The translations under genes and the position numbers were made by a program. Positions 27,124-37,124 of a DNA stretch of 64,000 bases are shown here, piece after piece. The notes under the pieces were generated by a model. The model did not search any database. It was not told the DNA's origin and worked only from the letters and a program-made list of their open reading frames with translations. Source of the stretch: Bryobacteraceae bacterium (GTDB taxonomy: Bacteria; Acidobacteriota; Terriglobia; Bryobacterales; Bryobacteraceae); contig DATJUG010000064.1 in assembly GCA_035502635.1 (NCBI GenBank), positions 29,783-93,782 of the forward strand, given 5' to 3'. Position 1 is the stretch's first letter. Each line of letters begins with the position of its first letter.

Positions 27124-28398
27124 ATGATGATGGAAAGACTGCTCCTTCTGCTAAGCTGCGCTGCGTTTCTGGCGACCGCTCAGCCTCCGGCTCCGCGAAC
27201 GGTTGTCCTGCACGCCGCGCGCCTGCTCGAAATCGAAAGCGGGCGCGTGTTGACTCCGGGTGAGGTGCTGGTTACAGGCGAACGCATCACCGCGGCCGGC
27301 GCATCGGTGCCGCATCCCGCGGGCGCGGAACTCGTCGATCTCGGGGACGCGACTCTAATGCCGGGCTTGATCGATGCGCATGTCCACCTGTTCCTTCATC
27401 CAGGCGCCGAAGATTTGCAGACGGTAGAGGAATCTGTGCCGCAGCGCACCATCACCGCTGTGCTGGCGGCGCGGGCGGACTTGATGGGCGGCTTCACAGC
27501 CGAACGTGACATGGGAACGGAAGGCGCAGGCTCGGCCGACACTGCTGTTCGCAATGCGATCGATCAGGGGCTGGTTCCCGGTCCACGCCTGCGCGTGAGC
27601 GGTAACGCGATCGACATTCTGGGGGGCCATGAGGACGCTATCGGATTCAATCCGGCGCAGCACGTGCTTTCGAACGCGACTTATGCGAATAACGCTGACG
27701 AGATTGTAGAGGCTATCCGCGAGCAGTTGAAAGAAGGTGCGGATTTCATCAAGATGTACGAAACCGGCCGAGATACATTGCGCGATGGCGAACTTCATAC
27801 GCCGTATCAATTCACGGAGGCGCAACTGAGTGCCGCCGTACAGGAGACCGCGCGCGTAGGAAAGCGTGTGGGCGTGCATGCGACCGGCGAGCCCGGAACA
27901 CTCTACGCCGCACAAGCGGGCGTTGCGTCCATCGACCATGCGTTGCAGCTCAGTGCGGAGACTATGCACCTGATGCGCGAAAAGCATATTCCGGCGGTTC
28001 CTACGTTCACCATCTTCGAATATTTCGCAAATCATGCCGCTAATGCCGCGCAAGGCGAGCGTGAGCGGGCTTTGTTTGAATATCATGCGCGCGAGTTTCG
28101 TAACCAGCTTGCGGCCGGAGTGCCGATGGCGGTGGGGTCCGATGTGGGCCCATTTCCCCATGGCACCCAGGCGCGAGAGCTGGTTCTGATGGTCAAATAC
28201 GGAATGTCTCCCACCGCCGCGCTGCAGGCCGATTTGCTGAATGGCGCGAAATTGCTGGGGTGGGAAGGCCAGATCGGGGCGCTCAAGCCGGGCTACTGGG
28301 CGGATATCATCGCCGTTCCGGGCAACCCGCTCGAAGACATCGGGGTAGTCGAAAAAGTCTCGTTTGTGATGAAGGGCGGAGTCATTTACCGCCGCTGA
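27124..28398 (+). CDS. Secreted amidohydrolase-family metallo-hydrolase
   Basis: Signal-like N-terminus, PGLIDAHVHL metal-binding motif, later HATG and GSD blocks (amidohydrolase superfamily). Confidence 0.8.
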   Translation: MMMERLLLLLSCAAFLATAQPPAPRTVVLHAARLLEIESGRVLTPGEVLVTGERITAAGASVPHPAGAELVDLGDATLMPGLIDAHVHLFLHPGAEDLQTVEESVPQRTITAVLAARADLMGGFTAERDMGTEGAGSADTAVRNAIDQGLVPGPRLRVSGNAIDILGGHEDAIGFNPAQHVLSNATYANNADEIVEAIREQLKEGADFIKMYETGRDTLRDGELHTPYQFTEAQLSAAVQETARVGKRVGVHATGEPGTLYAAQAGVASIDHALQLSAETMHLMREKHIPAVPTFTIFEYFANHAANAAQGERERALFEYHAREFRNQLAAGVPMAVGSDVGPFPHGTQARELVLMVKYGMSPTAALQADLLNGAKLLGWEGQIGALKPGYWADIIAVPGNPLEDIGVVEKVSFVMKGGVIYRR

Positions 28399-28399
28399 C

Positions 28400-29125
28400 T
28401 TATCGCTTTCCGCCGAGCGTGACGGCGCCCAGTTGAGGTTTCGTGAAGAATTCCGGCTTCAAACCAACATTCTGATCGATACTCGAGATCCTTATCTCTT
28501 TGTCCTTCATTCCCGGTTCGGTGGTGGAATGCACAATGCGAAATGGGAACTCTATGCCGTCCACGCTTTTGTAATCAAGAAACTCGGTCACCTGCTTATA
28601 ATAGGCGGATGTTACGCCGAATTCTTCCATCCTCACTAAGAGATGGCTGGACGCATCGAAATAGAACTTAGTGGACCCGATATTGTTTGGCGCGACTATC
28701 ACATCCATCGGCCGGGCATCGAGGCTTTCAGGCGGGGCGGCTTCGAGCTCGGAATATAAGTCATGCAAGTAGGCGTATCGTAGCGGATTGGCGTTGGTCT
28801 CAAGCTCCTGCTGCTCGGGCTTCGGCAATTTGGTGAGCTTCTTCTTGCGCGACAACATCCAGCCGCTGCTTCCATCGAAGCCGACCTTCTCGCCGTGGGC
28901 GACCCGCACTACCTTGTTCGGCTTGGCCCAATAGTAAGTTACTTTCCCGGCGCGATGAACCTTCGCCTCAATTTGGCGGTCGTTGATCCGGTTGATTGCC
29001 GCCTCGCCGCCAAGGGCCTGCACGTAGGCGTGCAACACGGCGTCGACGGATTTAGGCTGCGTCGCGGCCGTCAAGCCGAGCGCGGCGGTTGTAACCCAAA
29101 GGGCGATGGTCCTAAATATCTTCAA
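28400..29125 (-). CDS. Secreted hypothetical protein (241 aa)
   Basis: Signal peptide [23 protein letters not shown]. No family recognised with confidence. The 4-nt overlap with the upstream E1 gene suggests co-transcription. Confidence 0.55.
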   Translation of the reverse strand: MKIFRTIALWVTTAALGLTAATQPKSVDAVLHAYVQALGGEAAINRINDRQIEAKVHRAGKVTYYWAKPNKVVRVAHGEKVGFDGSSGWMLSRKKKLTKLPKPEQQELETNANPLRYAYLHDLYSELEAAPPESLDARPMDVIVAPNNIGSTKFYFDASSHLLVRMEEFGVTSAYYKQVTEFLDYKSVDGIEFPFRIVHSTTEPGMKDKEIRISSIDQNVGLKPEFFTKPQLGAVTLGGKR

Positions 29126-31239
29126 AACGCCAGCAACCGCTCGCCTTCGCGAACGATGTCTCCCACCTGCGGGAGAATCTCATCTTCGAGTTGGGGATTA
29201 TAAGCGATCCAGGTATCGAGCGCACCGACGCGGCCAACCGGCGCATCCAGATCAGTAAACAACTGGTTTGCAATTCTGGCCGCCAGTTCCGCGCCGAAGC
29301 CCCAGGAAAGCGTATCCTCATGCGCGATCAGCACGCGGCTGTTCTTTTTTACAGAAGCGCTGATGGCCTCCCAATCGTAGGGCGAGAGCGAGCGCAGATC
29401 GATTACTTCCACCGATGCATTTCCCCGCTGCTCTATCTGCAATGCCGCTTGCAACGACTTCTGCACGAGGGCGCCATAAGTAACGATGGTGAGATCCTGC
29501 CCGAGCTTGACCACCTTGGCTTTCCCAAACGGCACGGTGTAATCGACTCCAGGGTGAGGCGCGCGGTTGTAAGGCTCGCGATAGAGCTTCTTGTGCTCGA
29601 GAAACATCACTGGATCGTCGCTCCGGATCGCGGTGCGCAGCAGCCCGCAGGCATCGAGCGCATTGGAGGGAAAGACCACCCGCAGGCCGGGGATATGGGT
29701 GAAGATCACTTCGCCGCACTGGCTGTGATAAATTGCACCGCCGGTCAAGTAACCGCCGATGGGCACGCGAATTACCATGGGGCACGAAAAGCCGCCGTTC
29801 GAGCGCCAGCGGAACGTCGCCACCTCATCGCGAAGCTGCATCATAGCGGGCCAGATGTAATCGAAGAATTGAATCTCCGGGACCGGCTTCAGGCCGCGGG
29901 CCGCGAGCCCAACCGCGCGGCCGACAATCGAGGCCTCGGCGATGGGCGTATTGAAGCAGCGTTTCGGGCCAAACTCGCGCTGCAGGTTCGCGGTGGCTTT
30001 GAAAACGCCGCCCTTGCCTTTCACTTCGGAGAGATACTGCTCACGGCTGCAATCCGCCACGTCCTCGCCGAAGACGACAATGCGCTCGTCGCGCCGCATC
30101 TCCTCCGCTAACGTTTGGTTGATGGAATCGATCATGGTGCGCGGCTCGCCCGTGAAGTGCGGCTGCATTTCGAAATTGTGCGAAGTGGGGTCGATCTTCT
30201 CGGAATAGAGATGAGCGAATGCGGAATCGCGCGGGGGCCCAGGTTCTTGAAGAACGCGTTGGGTGATCTCCGCCACCTCGAGGTCGATCTCTCGTATCAT
30301 GCGATCGATTGCCTGCCGCTCCGCGTAGCCTTCGCGCACCAGGAACTCCGGAAACGTGGTGAGCGGATCGCGCGCTGCTTCGCGCTCGCGCTCCGATTTC
30401 GGTTTGTAGAGCCGCTCGTCGTCTGAGAGCGAGTGCGAATAGGGACGGATCACCGAGGCGTGCACCAGCGCGGGCCCGTTTCCGCCGCGGCAATAATCGG
30501 CGGCGTGTTTCAACGCCCGAAAGGACTCAGTGAAGTTTGTCCCATCCACCTCCAGGCGCAACAGGCCGGGAAAACCTTCTAACAGCTTCGAGACGTTGCC
30601 TCCCGCAGTCTGCCGTTCCACGGGAACCGAAATCGCGTACCCGTTGTCTTCGACCAGCACCAGCAGCGGCAAGCGTTGCATGCAGGCGATGTTCATCGAC
30701 TCCCAGAATTCGCCCTCGCTGGTTGCGCCTTCGCCCGAACACACCAGTGTGATTTCATCCGAATCCGGATTCAAGAAGGCCTTCGCTTCCGCGCAACCAA
30801 TAGCGTGCAGGAACTGCGTGCCGGTGGGCGAGGAGCCGGTAACGATGTGCAGCGCTGGAGCGGACCAGTGAGATGGCATCTGCCGGCCGCCCGAGCTGGG
30901 GTCGCGCGCCGCCCCCACCGCGGCCAGCAGCATCTCTTCGGCCGTCATGCCCAAGGTCAGGGCCAGCGCACGGTCGCGATAATAGGGCAAAATCCAGTCA
31001 TAGCCGGGGCGCAGCACAAGGCCCGCAGCCACCTGCACCGCTTCGTGCCCGGCACCGCTGATCTGAAAAAAAATCCGGTTCTGCCGCTTCAACATCACCT
31101 CGCGGTCGTCCAGGCAGCGCGCCAGGTACATGGTGCGAAAAGCCTGGATGAGCGTTTCGCGGTTGAGCTCCGGCGAACCGTCAAGAGAGGCAGCGGCAGC
31201 GGCTAAAGTCGGAAGGGATTGCGCCGGCGTGGTCACCAA
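29122..31239 (-). CDS. Fused alpha/beta E1 component of a 2-oxoacid (branched-chain/pyruvate-type) dehydrogenase, TPP-dependent
   Basis: The N-terminal half has the E1-alpha TPP-binding region ([15 protein letters not shown]). The C-terminal half is E1-beta/transketolase-like (FGEDV.., [11 protein letters not shown]). 705 aa. Confidence 0.85.
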   Translation of the reverse strand: MVTTPAQSLPTLAAAAASLDGSPELNRETLIQAFRTMYLARCLDDREVMLKRQNRIFFQISGAGHEAVQVAAGLVLRPGYDWILPYYRDRALALTLGMTAEEMLLAAVGAARDPSSGGRQMPSHWSAPALHIVTGSSPTGTQFLHAIGCAEAKAFLNPDSDEITLVCSGEGATSEGEFWESMNIACMQRLPLLVLVEDNGYAISVPVERQTAGGNVSKLLEGFPGLLRLEVDGTNFTESFRALKHAADYCRGGNGPALVHASVIRPYSHSLSDDERLYKPKSEREREAARDPLTTFPEFLVREGYAERQAIDRMIREIDLEVAEITQRVLQEPGPPRDSAFAHLYSEKIDPTSHNFEMQPHFTGEPRTMIDSINQTLAEEMRRDERIVVFGEDVADCSREQYLSEVKGKGGVFKATANLQREFGPKRCFNTPIAEASIVGRAVGLAARGLKPVPEIQFFDYIWPAMMQLRDEVATFRWRSNGGFSCPMVIRVPIGGYLTGGAIYHSQCGEVIFTHIPGLRVVFPSNALDACGLLRTAIRSDDPVMFLEHKKLYREPYNRAPHPGVDYTVPFGKAKVVKLGQDLTIVTYGALVQKSLQAALQIEQRGNASVEVIDLRSLSPYDWEAISASVKKNSRVLIAHEDTLSWGFGAELAARIANQLFTDLDAPVGRVGALDTWIAYNPQLEDEILPQVGDIVREGERLLAF

Positions 31240-31396
31240 ACTGCATTATCGCCCGACAGCGGTTCCGATTTGAGGCCTAAATCGCCGCACCGCTAGAAGC
31301 GTGAGATCTAACGGGCGTACAGGGTGCTGCGCCGTTGTGCCTGAATAATTCGCACCGGGCGTAAGGCGACCCGCTTGTTACGATGGTTTAAATCTG

Positions 31397-32851
31397 ATGA
31401 TCACTGAGGTGTTACAGGAAGGACTCACATTCGACGACGTTCTTCTGCAGCCAGCGCACAGCCAAGTTATTCCCGCCGATGCGGACACCACCACGCACCT
31501 TACGTCCAAGATTCAGCTCAAGATCCCGATCATTAGCGCCGCCATGGACACCGTGACGGAGTCGCACATGGCGATCGCGCTGGCGCAACAAGGCGGCATT
31601 GGCATCATTCATCGCAATATGCCGATCGAGAAGCAGGCTGAGGAAGTGGACCGCGTGAAGCGCAGTGAAAGCGGCATGATCGTAGACCCGGTGACGATCG
31701 AGCCGGACCGCAAGATTTCGGAAGCGCTCGAACTGATGAGCCGCTACCGCATCTCCGGGGTGCCGGTCACGCATAAGGGGAGGCTGGTCGGCATTCTCAC
31801 GAATCGCGATCTTCGTTTCGAGACGCGGTACCATCTGCCGATTTCGGAGGTGATGACGAAGGAAGATCTCATTACTGTTCCGGTGGGCACGACGCTTGAA
31901 GAGGCGCAGCAGATTCTGCACAAGCATCGTGTTGAAAAGCTGCTGGTAGTGGATGAGAACTTCGCGCTGAAGGGGCTGATTACGGTCAAGGATATTCAAA
32001 AGAAGTTGAAGTATCCGCACGCGGCGAAGGATGCGCAGGGCCGGCTACGCGTGGCTGCGGCAATCGGCGCCACGGGAGATTTTCTGGAACGCGCGCAGGA
32101 ACTGGTGCGCAGGAAAGTGGATGTCATTGCGATCGATTCCGCGCATGGCCATAGCCAGCGTGTACTGGATGCGCTGGCGGCGGTGAAACAGAAGCTGCCG
32201 GAGGTGCAGGTGCTGGCGGGCAATGTCGCTTCTCGCGAAGGCGCGCGCGATTTGATCGCTCGCGGCGCAGACGGTATCAAGGTCGGCATCGGCCCGGGTT
32301 CCATCTGCACGACGCGCGTGGTCAGCGGCGCGGGCGTGCCGCAAATCACGGCCATAGCGGAATGTGCGAAAGCAGCTCGCGAGGCGGGGGTGCCGTTGGT
32401 GGCCGATGGCGGCGTGAAGTATTCGGGAGATATCACGAAGGCCATTGCGGCGGGCGCCGATTGCGTGATGATCGGCAGTCTGCTGGCCGGAACTGACGAA
32501 AGCCCCGGCGAGACTATTCTTTACCAGGGGCGGACGTTCAAGAGTTACCGCGGCATGGGATCGCTGGGGGCGAATCCGTCGGGCGGGTCGGAGCGTTATG
32601 CGCAGAGCGCGAGCGGCAAGCTGGTGCCGGAAGGCATCGAAGGGCGCGTTCCCTATAAGGGACCGGTTGCGGAGATGACTTATCAGTTAGTCGGCGGGCT
32701 ACGCGCCGGGATGGGCTACACCGGCTGTCGCACCATCCCGGAGCTGCAGCAAAAAGGAAGGTTCCTTCGCGTGACCTTCGCCGGCTTGCGTGAGAGTCAC
32801 GTGCACGACGTGATTATTACTAAGGAAGCACCGAATTACCAGGTGGAGTAG
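31397..32851 (+). CDS. guaB: IMP dehydrogenase
   Basis: [10 protein letters not shown], tandem CBS insert, catalytic [27 protein letters not shown]. Confidence 0.97.
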   Translation: MITEVLQEGLTFDDVLLQPAHSQVIPADADTTTHLTSKIQLKIPIISAAMDTVTESHMAIALAQQGGIGIIHRNMPIEKQAEEVDRVKRSESGMIVDPVTIEPDRKISEALELMSRYRISGVPVTHKGRLVGILTNRDLRFETRYHLPISEVMTKEDLITVPVGTTLEEAQQILHKHRVEKLLVVDENFALKGLITVKDIQKKLKYPHAAKDAQGRLRVAAAIGATGDFLERAQELVRRKVDVIAIDSAHGHSQRVLDALAAVKQKLPEVQVLAGNVASREGARDLIARGADGIKVGIGPGSICTTRVVSGAGVPQITAIAECAKAAREAGVPLVADGGVKYSGDITKAIAAGADCVMIGSLLAGTDESPGETILYQGRTFKSYRGMGSLGANPSGGSERYAQSASGKLVPEGIEGRVPYKGPVAEMTYQLVGGLRAGMGYTGCRTIPELQQKGRFLRVTFAGLRESHVHDVIITKEAPNYQVE

Positions 32852-32866
32852 CTTTCGCGAGGACCG

Positions 32867-35230
32867 CTAGCTTGCTAGAGCCAGCGGTCTCACGTTGATA
32901 TTCGGAATCACAATCGAAAGCACTTCTTCGACGCGATCCACAAAGTGGAACTGCATTTCTTGCCGGACATGGTCCGGAATTTCGCGCAGATCCTTCTTAT
33001 TGCCGTAGGGCAGAATCACTTGCTTGATTCCGGCGCGGCGGGCGGCGAGCACTTTCTCTTTGATGCCGCCGATCGGCAACACCAAGCCGGCCAGCGTCAC
33101 CTCACCCGTCATCGCGATATCGCTGCGCGCGGGCAGGTTCGCGTAGAGCGAAGCCATGGCGCTCGTCATCGTCACACCGGCTGACGGTCCATCCTTGGGA
33201 ATGGCGCCCGCCGGCACGTGCACGTGAACGCCGCTGTTCTTGATCAGCTCGGGATCGATGCCCAAATCCGCGGCGTGCGCCCAGACGTAACTCTGTGCGA
33301 TCTTCGCGGATTCCTGCATCACCTCTCCGAGTTGTCCCGTCAGCGTCAAGCCCTTGCCGTTCGGCAGCAGCGTGCTCTCAATATAGAGAACGTCGCCGCC
33401 AGTCTCGGTCCAAGCCAACCCCGTTACCACACCCGGCAGCATGTTCTTGCGCATCTCTTCAGGCAGGAACATCTCCGGCCCAAGCAGATCGCTCAACAGG
33501 TCCGGCGTAATGAGCGCTTTCTCCTCGTTGCCTTCGGCAAAGCGCAGCGTCACCTTGCGTGTTACGCGGGCGATCGCCCGTTCCAGCTTTCGCAGCCCCG
33601 CTTCGCGCGTGTAGCCGCGAATGATGGTCTTGAGTCCCTCATCGGTGAACTCGATCTGCTCATCGGTCAATCCGGTCGCTTTCAACTGCTTCGGAATGAG
33701 ATACCGCCGCGCGATCTGCTGCTTCTCTTCCTCGCTATAACCCGAGAGCCGCAGAATCTCCATGCGATCCAGCAAAGCTTGCGGAATCGTGTCCAACGAG
33801 TTGGCGGTCGTGATGAACAGCACCTTCGACAAATCGAAGGCTAAGTCGAGATAGTTATCGCGGAACGTTTTGTTCTGCTCGGGATCGAGCACCTCGAGCA
33901 GCGCCGCCGCGGGATCGCCTCGAAAATCGCGCCCGAGTTTGTCCACTTCGTCCAGCAACAGCACCGGATTCAATGCCCCGGCGCGCCGCATGGCCTGCAG
34001 CAATCGCCCAGCCATGGCGCCGATATAGGTCCGGCGATGACCGCGCAGCTCGGCCTCATCATGCATGCCGCCCAGGCTAAAGCGCTCGAACTTGCGTCCT
34101 ACAGCCCGCGCGATGGATTGCCCGAGCGACGTTTTGCCGACGCCCGGCGCACCCACGAAGCACAAGATCGGAGCCTTCGCTTCCGGATTGCGCTTCAGCA
34201 CACTCAGGTGCTCCAGGATTCGTTCCTTTACTTCTTTCAATCCGAAGTGGTCTTCGTCCAGCACTTCGCGCGCATGCGCAATCTCGAGATTGTCTTCTGT
34301 CGTCTTGTTCCAGGGCAGATCCAACACGAACTCGAGATAAGTTCGCGTGACGTGATAATCGGGCGCACCGGCAGGCAACCGTTCCAGGCGCGCCAGCTCG
34401 CGCTCGATTTCTTTCTTCGCTTCTTCGGGAAGATTCGCTTTATCGAAACGCTCCCGGAGCATATCCACTTCGGCCTTGTCGGCGTCTTTATCGCCGAGTT
34501 CCTGCTGAATCGCTCGCAACTGCTGCCGCAGCAGATACTCACGCTGCTCCTTCGACATTTCGTCCCGGGCGCTCGAAGCGATCTTCTGGCGTAGCTCGAG
34601 CACCTGCAGCTCGTGGGCGAGATAGGAGTGCATTAAGCGCAGCGCGTCGACCCGCGTGTCCGCTTCCAGCAGCCTCTGTTCGCGGGCCAGATCCAGACTG
34701 AAGATGCTCGCCAGCAGATAGGCCAGCCGCAGCGGGTCTTCGTTTCCCGCCAACATGCGTGTCAGCTCGGCAGCCGATTGCGGCTGCGACAGAGCGATTG
34801 CCTTGGTTGCCAACTCCAGCATCGCGCCCGATAGCGCTTCTACTTCGGAACCGCCATCCTGCGGCAACGGCAAGATGCGAAACTTTGCGCTGAGATAGGG
34901 CTCTGTGCTCTCGAGCTTCACAACCACCACGCGCTCGGTCCCTAGCACAAGGATCTCCATCATGCCTTCGTTGGGCCGCGATGACTTACGAATGACCGCC
35001 TTGGTGCCGATCGTATACAGATCGTCCTGCTGCGGGGATTCGATTTGTGCATCCCGCTGTGCGATCAGGATGATCTCTTTCCCTTCGGTATTCAGCGCGG
35101 CTTGCACGGCGCGCAGCGAGTTGTCCCGACCTACCGAAAGCGGCAACAGCAATCCTGGGAACAGGATGGTGTTCTTTAGCGGCAATGCCGGCAGTACTTG
35201 AAAATCAGTATTTCCCATGACGGGTCTCAA
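32867..35230 (-). CDS. lon: ATP-dependent Lon protease (LonA)
   Basis: Lon N-domain (LPLKNTILFPG), Walker A GAPGVGKTS, and a protease domain with PKDGPSAGV (catalytic Ser) and ...GGIKEKVLAA. Confidence 0.97.
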   Translation of the reverse strand: MRPVMGNTDFQVLPALPLKNTILFPGLLLPLSVGRDNSLRAVQAALNTEGKEIILIAQRDAQIESPQQDDLYTIGTKAVIRKSSRPNEGMMEILVLGTERVVVVKLESTEPYLSAKFRILPLPQDGGSEVEALSGAMLELATKAIALSQPQSAAELTRMLAGNEDPLRLAYLLASIFSLDLAREQRLLEADTRVDALRLMHSYLAHELQVLELRQKIASSARDEMSKEQREYLLRQQLRAIQQELGDKDADKAEVDMLRERFDKANLPEEAKKEIERELARLERLPAGAPDYHVTRTYLEFVLDLPWNKTTEDNLEIAHAREVLDEDHFGLKEVKERILEHLSVLKRNPEAKAPILCFVGAPGVGKTSLGQSIARAVGRKFERFSLGGMHDEAELRGHRRTYIGAMAGRLLQAMRRAGALNPVLLLDEVDKLGRDFRGDPAAALLEVLDPEQNKTFRDNYLDLAFDLSKVLFITTANSLDTIPQALLDRMEILRLSGYSEEEKQQIARRYLIPKQLKATGLTDEQIEFTDEGLKTIIRGYTREAGLRKLERAIARVTRKVTLRFAEGNEEKALITPDLLSDLLGPEMFLPEEMRKNMLPGVVTGLAWTETGGDVLYIESTLLPNGKGLTLTGQLGEVMQESAKIAQSYVWAHAADLGIDPELIKNSGVHVHVPAGAIPKDGPSAGVTMTSAMASLYANLPARSDIAMTGEVTLAGLVLPIGGIKEKVLAARRAGIKQVILPYGNKKDLREIPDHVRQEMQFHFVDRVEEVLSIVIPNINVRPLALAS

Positions 35231-35311
35231 TCTTTCCTATTCCTTCGATGCGCCTACCCAGCAGAAGGCTGCGATAAGTTGCGCGTCGAACACTCAAGGT
35301 TTACCATCGAC

Positions 35312-35349
35312 AAAAAAGCCCGGGGCAGGCACAAGCCAGATCCCCGGGC
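35312..35349 (-). terminator. Rho-independent terminator downstream of the HtrA-like gene
   Basis: On the minus strand: GCCCGGGG (35349-35342), 16-nt loop, CCCCGGGC (35325-35318), then TTTTTT (35317-35312). Located 22 nt after the stop at 35371. Confidence 0.7.
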
Positions 35350-35370
35350 GTCTCGCTTATCCCTTACTTC

Positions 35371-36918
35371 TTACTTCGGCTGAACCACGACGAACGTTAC
35401 CGCTCCACCGCGATTCAGCGTCAACAGCGCCGGCTTGCCGTTCGCTGCCGCCATGAGTCGCTGGAAGTCCTCGACGTTATTCACAGGATGACGGTTCACG
35501 CCCATGATCACGTCGCCCCGCGTCAGCGTATCCGCCGCCGGGCTATCCGGATCGACGCTGTCGATCACCACTCCGTGGGTGTTGGCCGGCAGTTGCAACT
35601 GCTGGGTCAGGTCGGAAGTCAGCGTCTCCACCGTCAGGCCGTAGGCCGTCTTGCCGGTGTTGCCGGAATTGCCGTTACCCGAGCCGTTTCCATTCTCTTC
35701 CTGGTTTCCGGGCTGGCCGAAATCGGCTCCGTTTGGCCGTTGTCCCAAAGTGACGTTGACTTTCATCGGTTGCCCATTGCGGATCACATCCAGCGCCACG
35801 CTGCTGCCGGGTGCATGCTCGGTTACTTTCAGCGTCAGGTCGTTAGAGTCATCAATCTTCTGGCCGTCGATGCCCACGATCGCATCGCCCACCTTCAGAC
35901 CAGCTTTGTCGCCGGGCTTGCCGGGAACTACTTGCGTGATGACGGCAGCATGCGTGTCCTTCAATCCGAATTGTTGCGCCAGCTCAGGACTGACCGATTC
36001 CAGAGTCACGCCAATATAGCCGCGGGAAACCTTGCCGCCCTTCATCAGTTGATCCATGACCTGCTTGGTCAAGTTAGAAGGAACCGCGAATCCGATGCCG
36101 ATGTTCCCGGCCTCGCCGCCAAAGCTAGCTCCGCCCCCGGTGAGGATCATGGTGTTCATCCCGATCATCTCTCCGCGTGCATTGATCAACGCGCCACCCG
36201 AATTGCCCGGATTTATGGCGGCATCCGTTTGAATGAAATCCTGAATTTGTCCCAGGCTCTCGCGGAGGTTGCGCCCTTTCGCGCTCACGATGCCCATGGT
36301 CACCGTATGGCTCTGGCCGAACGGATCGCCGATCGCAAAGCACAAATCGCCTACCCGGGTGCCATCGGAATTGGCGAACGGCATGGTGGGCAAATTGTTG
36401 GCGTTGATCTTCACCACCGCCACATCGGTTTGCGGGTCAGTGCCAACCACCTTCGCCGGGAAATCGCGCCCATCCGATAGGATCACTTTCAAAGTGGTCG
36501 CTTTATCAACGACGTGATTGTTGGTGACGATGTAGCCGGTTGGGCTGATGATCACGCCCGACCCGAGACCTTCCTCGCGCTGGTCGCGCGGCCGCATGGA
36601 CTGCCCGTTGCCGCCGAAAAATTGGCGAAAGAACGGGTCGGAGAGAAACGGGTTGTTCCCTTGTTGTTCCGACGCCTTAATCACGCGCGTCATGGTGATC
36701 TCCACCACCGCCGGTGAAGCCTTCTCAATAATGTCGGCAAACGAATTTGACAACTGGCTCACGGCCCGTTGCGAGTTCGTATCCGCGCGCGCGACTACTG
36801 CCACCGGCGCATTCGAGTGGTTCATCACGGCGAATGCCGCAATCAGCCCACCACCGATCGAAGCCGCAACCAGCGTTAGAATCGCTGTCGTGCGGCGAAA
36901 TTGGACCACGTTAGACAT
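35371..36918 (-). CDS. Do/DegP/HtrA-family periplasmic serine endopeptidase with two PDZ domains
   Basis: TM/signal anchor (TAILTLVAASIGGGLIAAFAV), His block TNNHVV, Asp block, catalytic GNSGGAL, and two PDZ-like regions. Start set at ATG 36918 (MSNVVQF..). Confidence 0.9.
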   Translation of the reverse strand: MSNVVQFRRTTAILTLVAASIGGGLIAAFAVMNHSNAPVAVVARADTNSQRAVSQLSNSFADIIEKASPAVVEITMTRVIKASEQQGNNPFLSDPFFRQFFGGNGQSMRPRDQREEGLGSGVIISPTGYIVTNNHVVDKATTLKVILSDGRDFPAKVVGTDPQTDVAVVKINANNLPTMPFANSDGTRVGDLCFAIGDPFGQSHTVTMGIVSAKGRNLRESLGQIQDFIQTDAAINPGNSGGALINARGEMIGMNTMILTGGGASFGGEAGNIGIGFAVPSNLTKQVMDQLMKGGKVSRGYIGVTLESVSPELAQQFGLKDTHAAVITQVVPGKPGDKAGLKVGDAIVGIDGQKIDDSNDLTLKVTEHAPGSSVALDVIRNGQPMKVNVTLGQRPNGADFGQPGNQEENGNGSGNGNSGNTGKTAYGLTVETLTSDLTQQLQLPANTHGVVIDSVDPDSPAADTLTRGDVIMGVNRHPVNNVEDFQRLMAAANGKPALLTLNRGGAVTFVVVQPK

Positions 36919-37124
36919 GTCCTTGAAAATCCTTTCGTTAATAACGAACTCGCGCAAAACGGTCGCGTTATCAAGCGCGCCGCCCAAAGTTTTGCGAAGC
37001 TGCTCACCGTTTTGCGGCGCGCATCCGCGACCTTTGCGCTTTCAGAGCGGCATGGAGCGAATCCGCCGCATTTCCTACCATTGGACGTAATAAATTAGTA
37101 TTCGATTCACACCCAGAATTCTTC

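Noticed and set aside
26400-28161. 226-aa and 268-aa minus-strand ORFs antisense to the GMC oxidoreductase and amidohydrolase genes.
   Set aside because: Shadow ORFs of well-supported + strand genes, with no motifs.
29191-30111. 306-aa + strand ORF antisense to the E1 dehydrogenase gene. Similar antisense ORFs occur at 35488-36480 (HtrA-like gene), 38736-39614 (clpB), 40941-42117 (DUF4230/glcF region) and 33218-33844 (lon).
   Set aside because: Each is contained in a longer ORF that has strong family signatures, and each has an Arg/His/Gln-rich nonsense-like composition.
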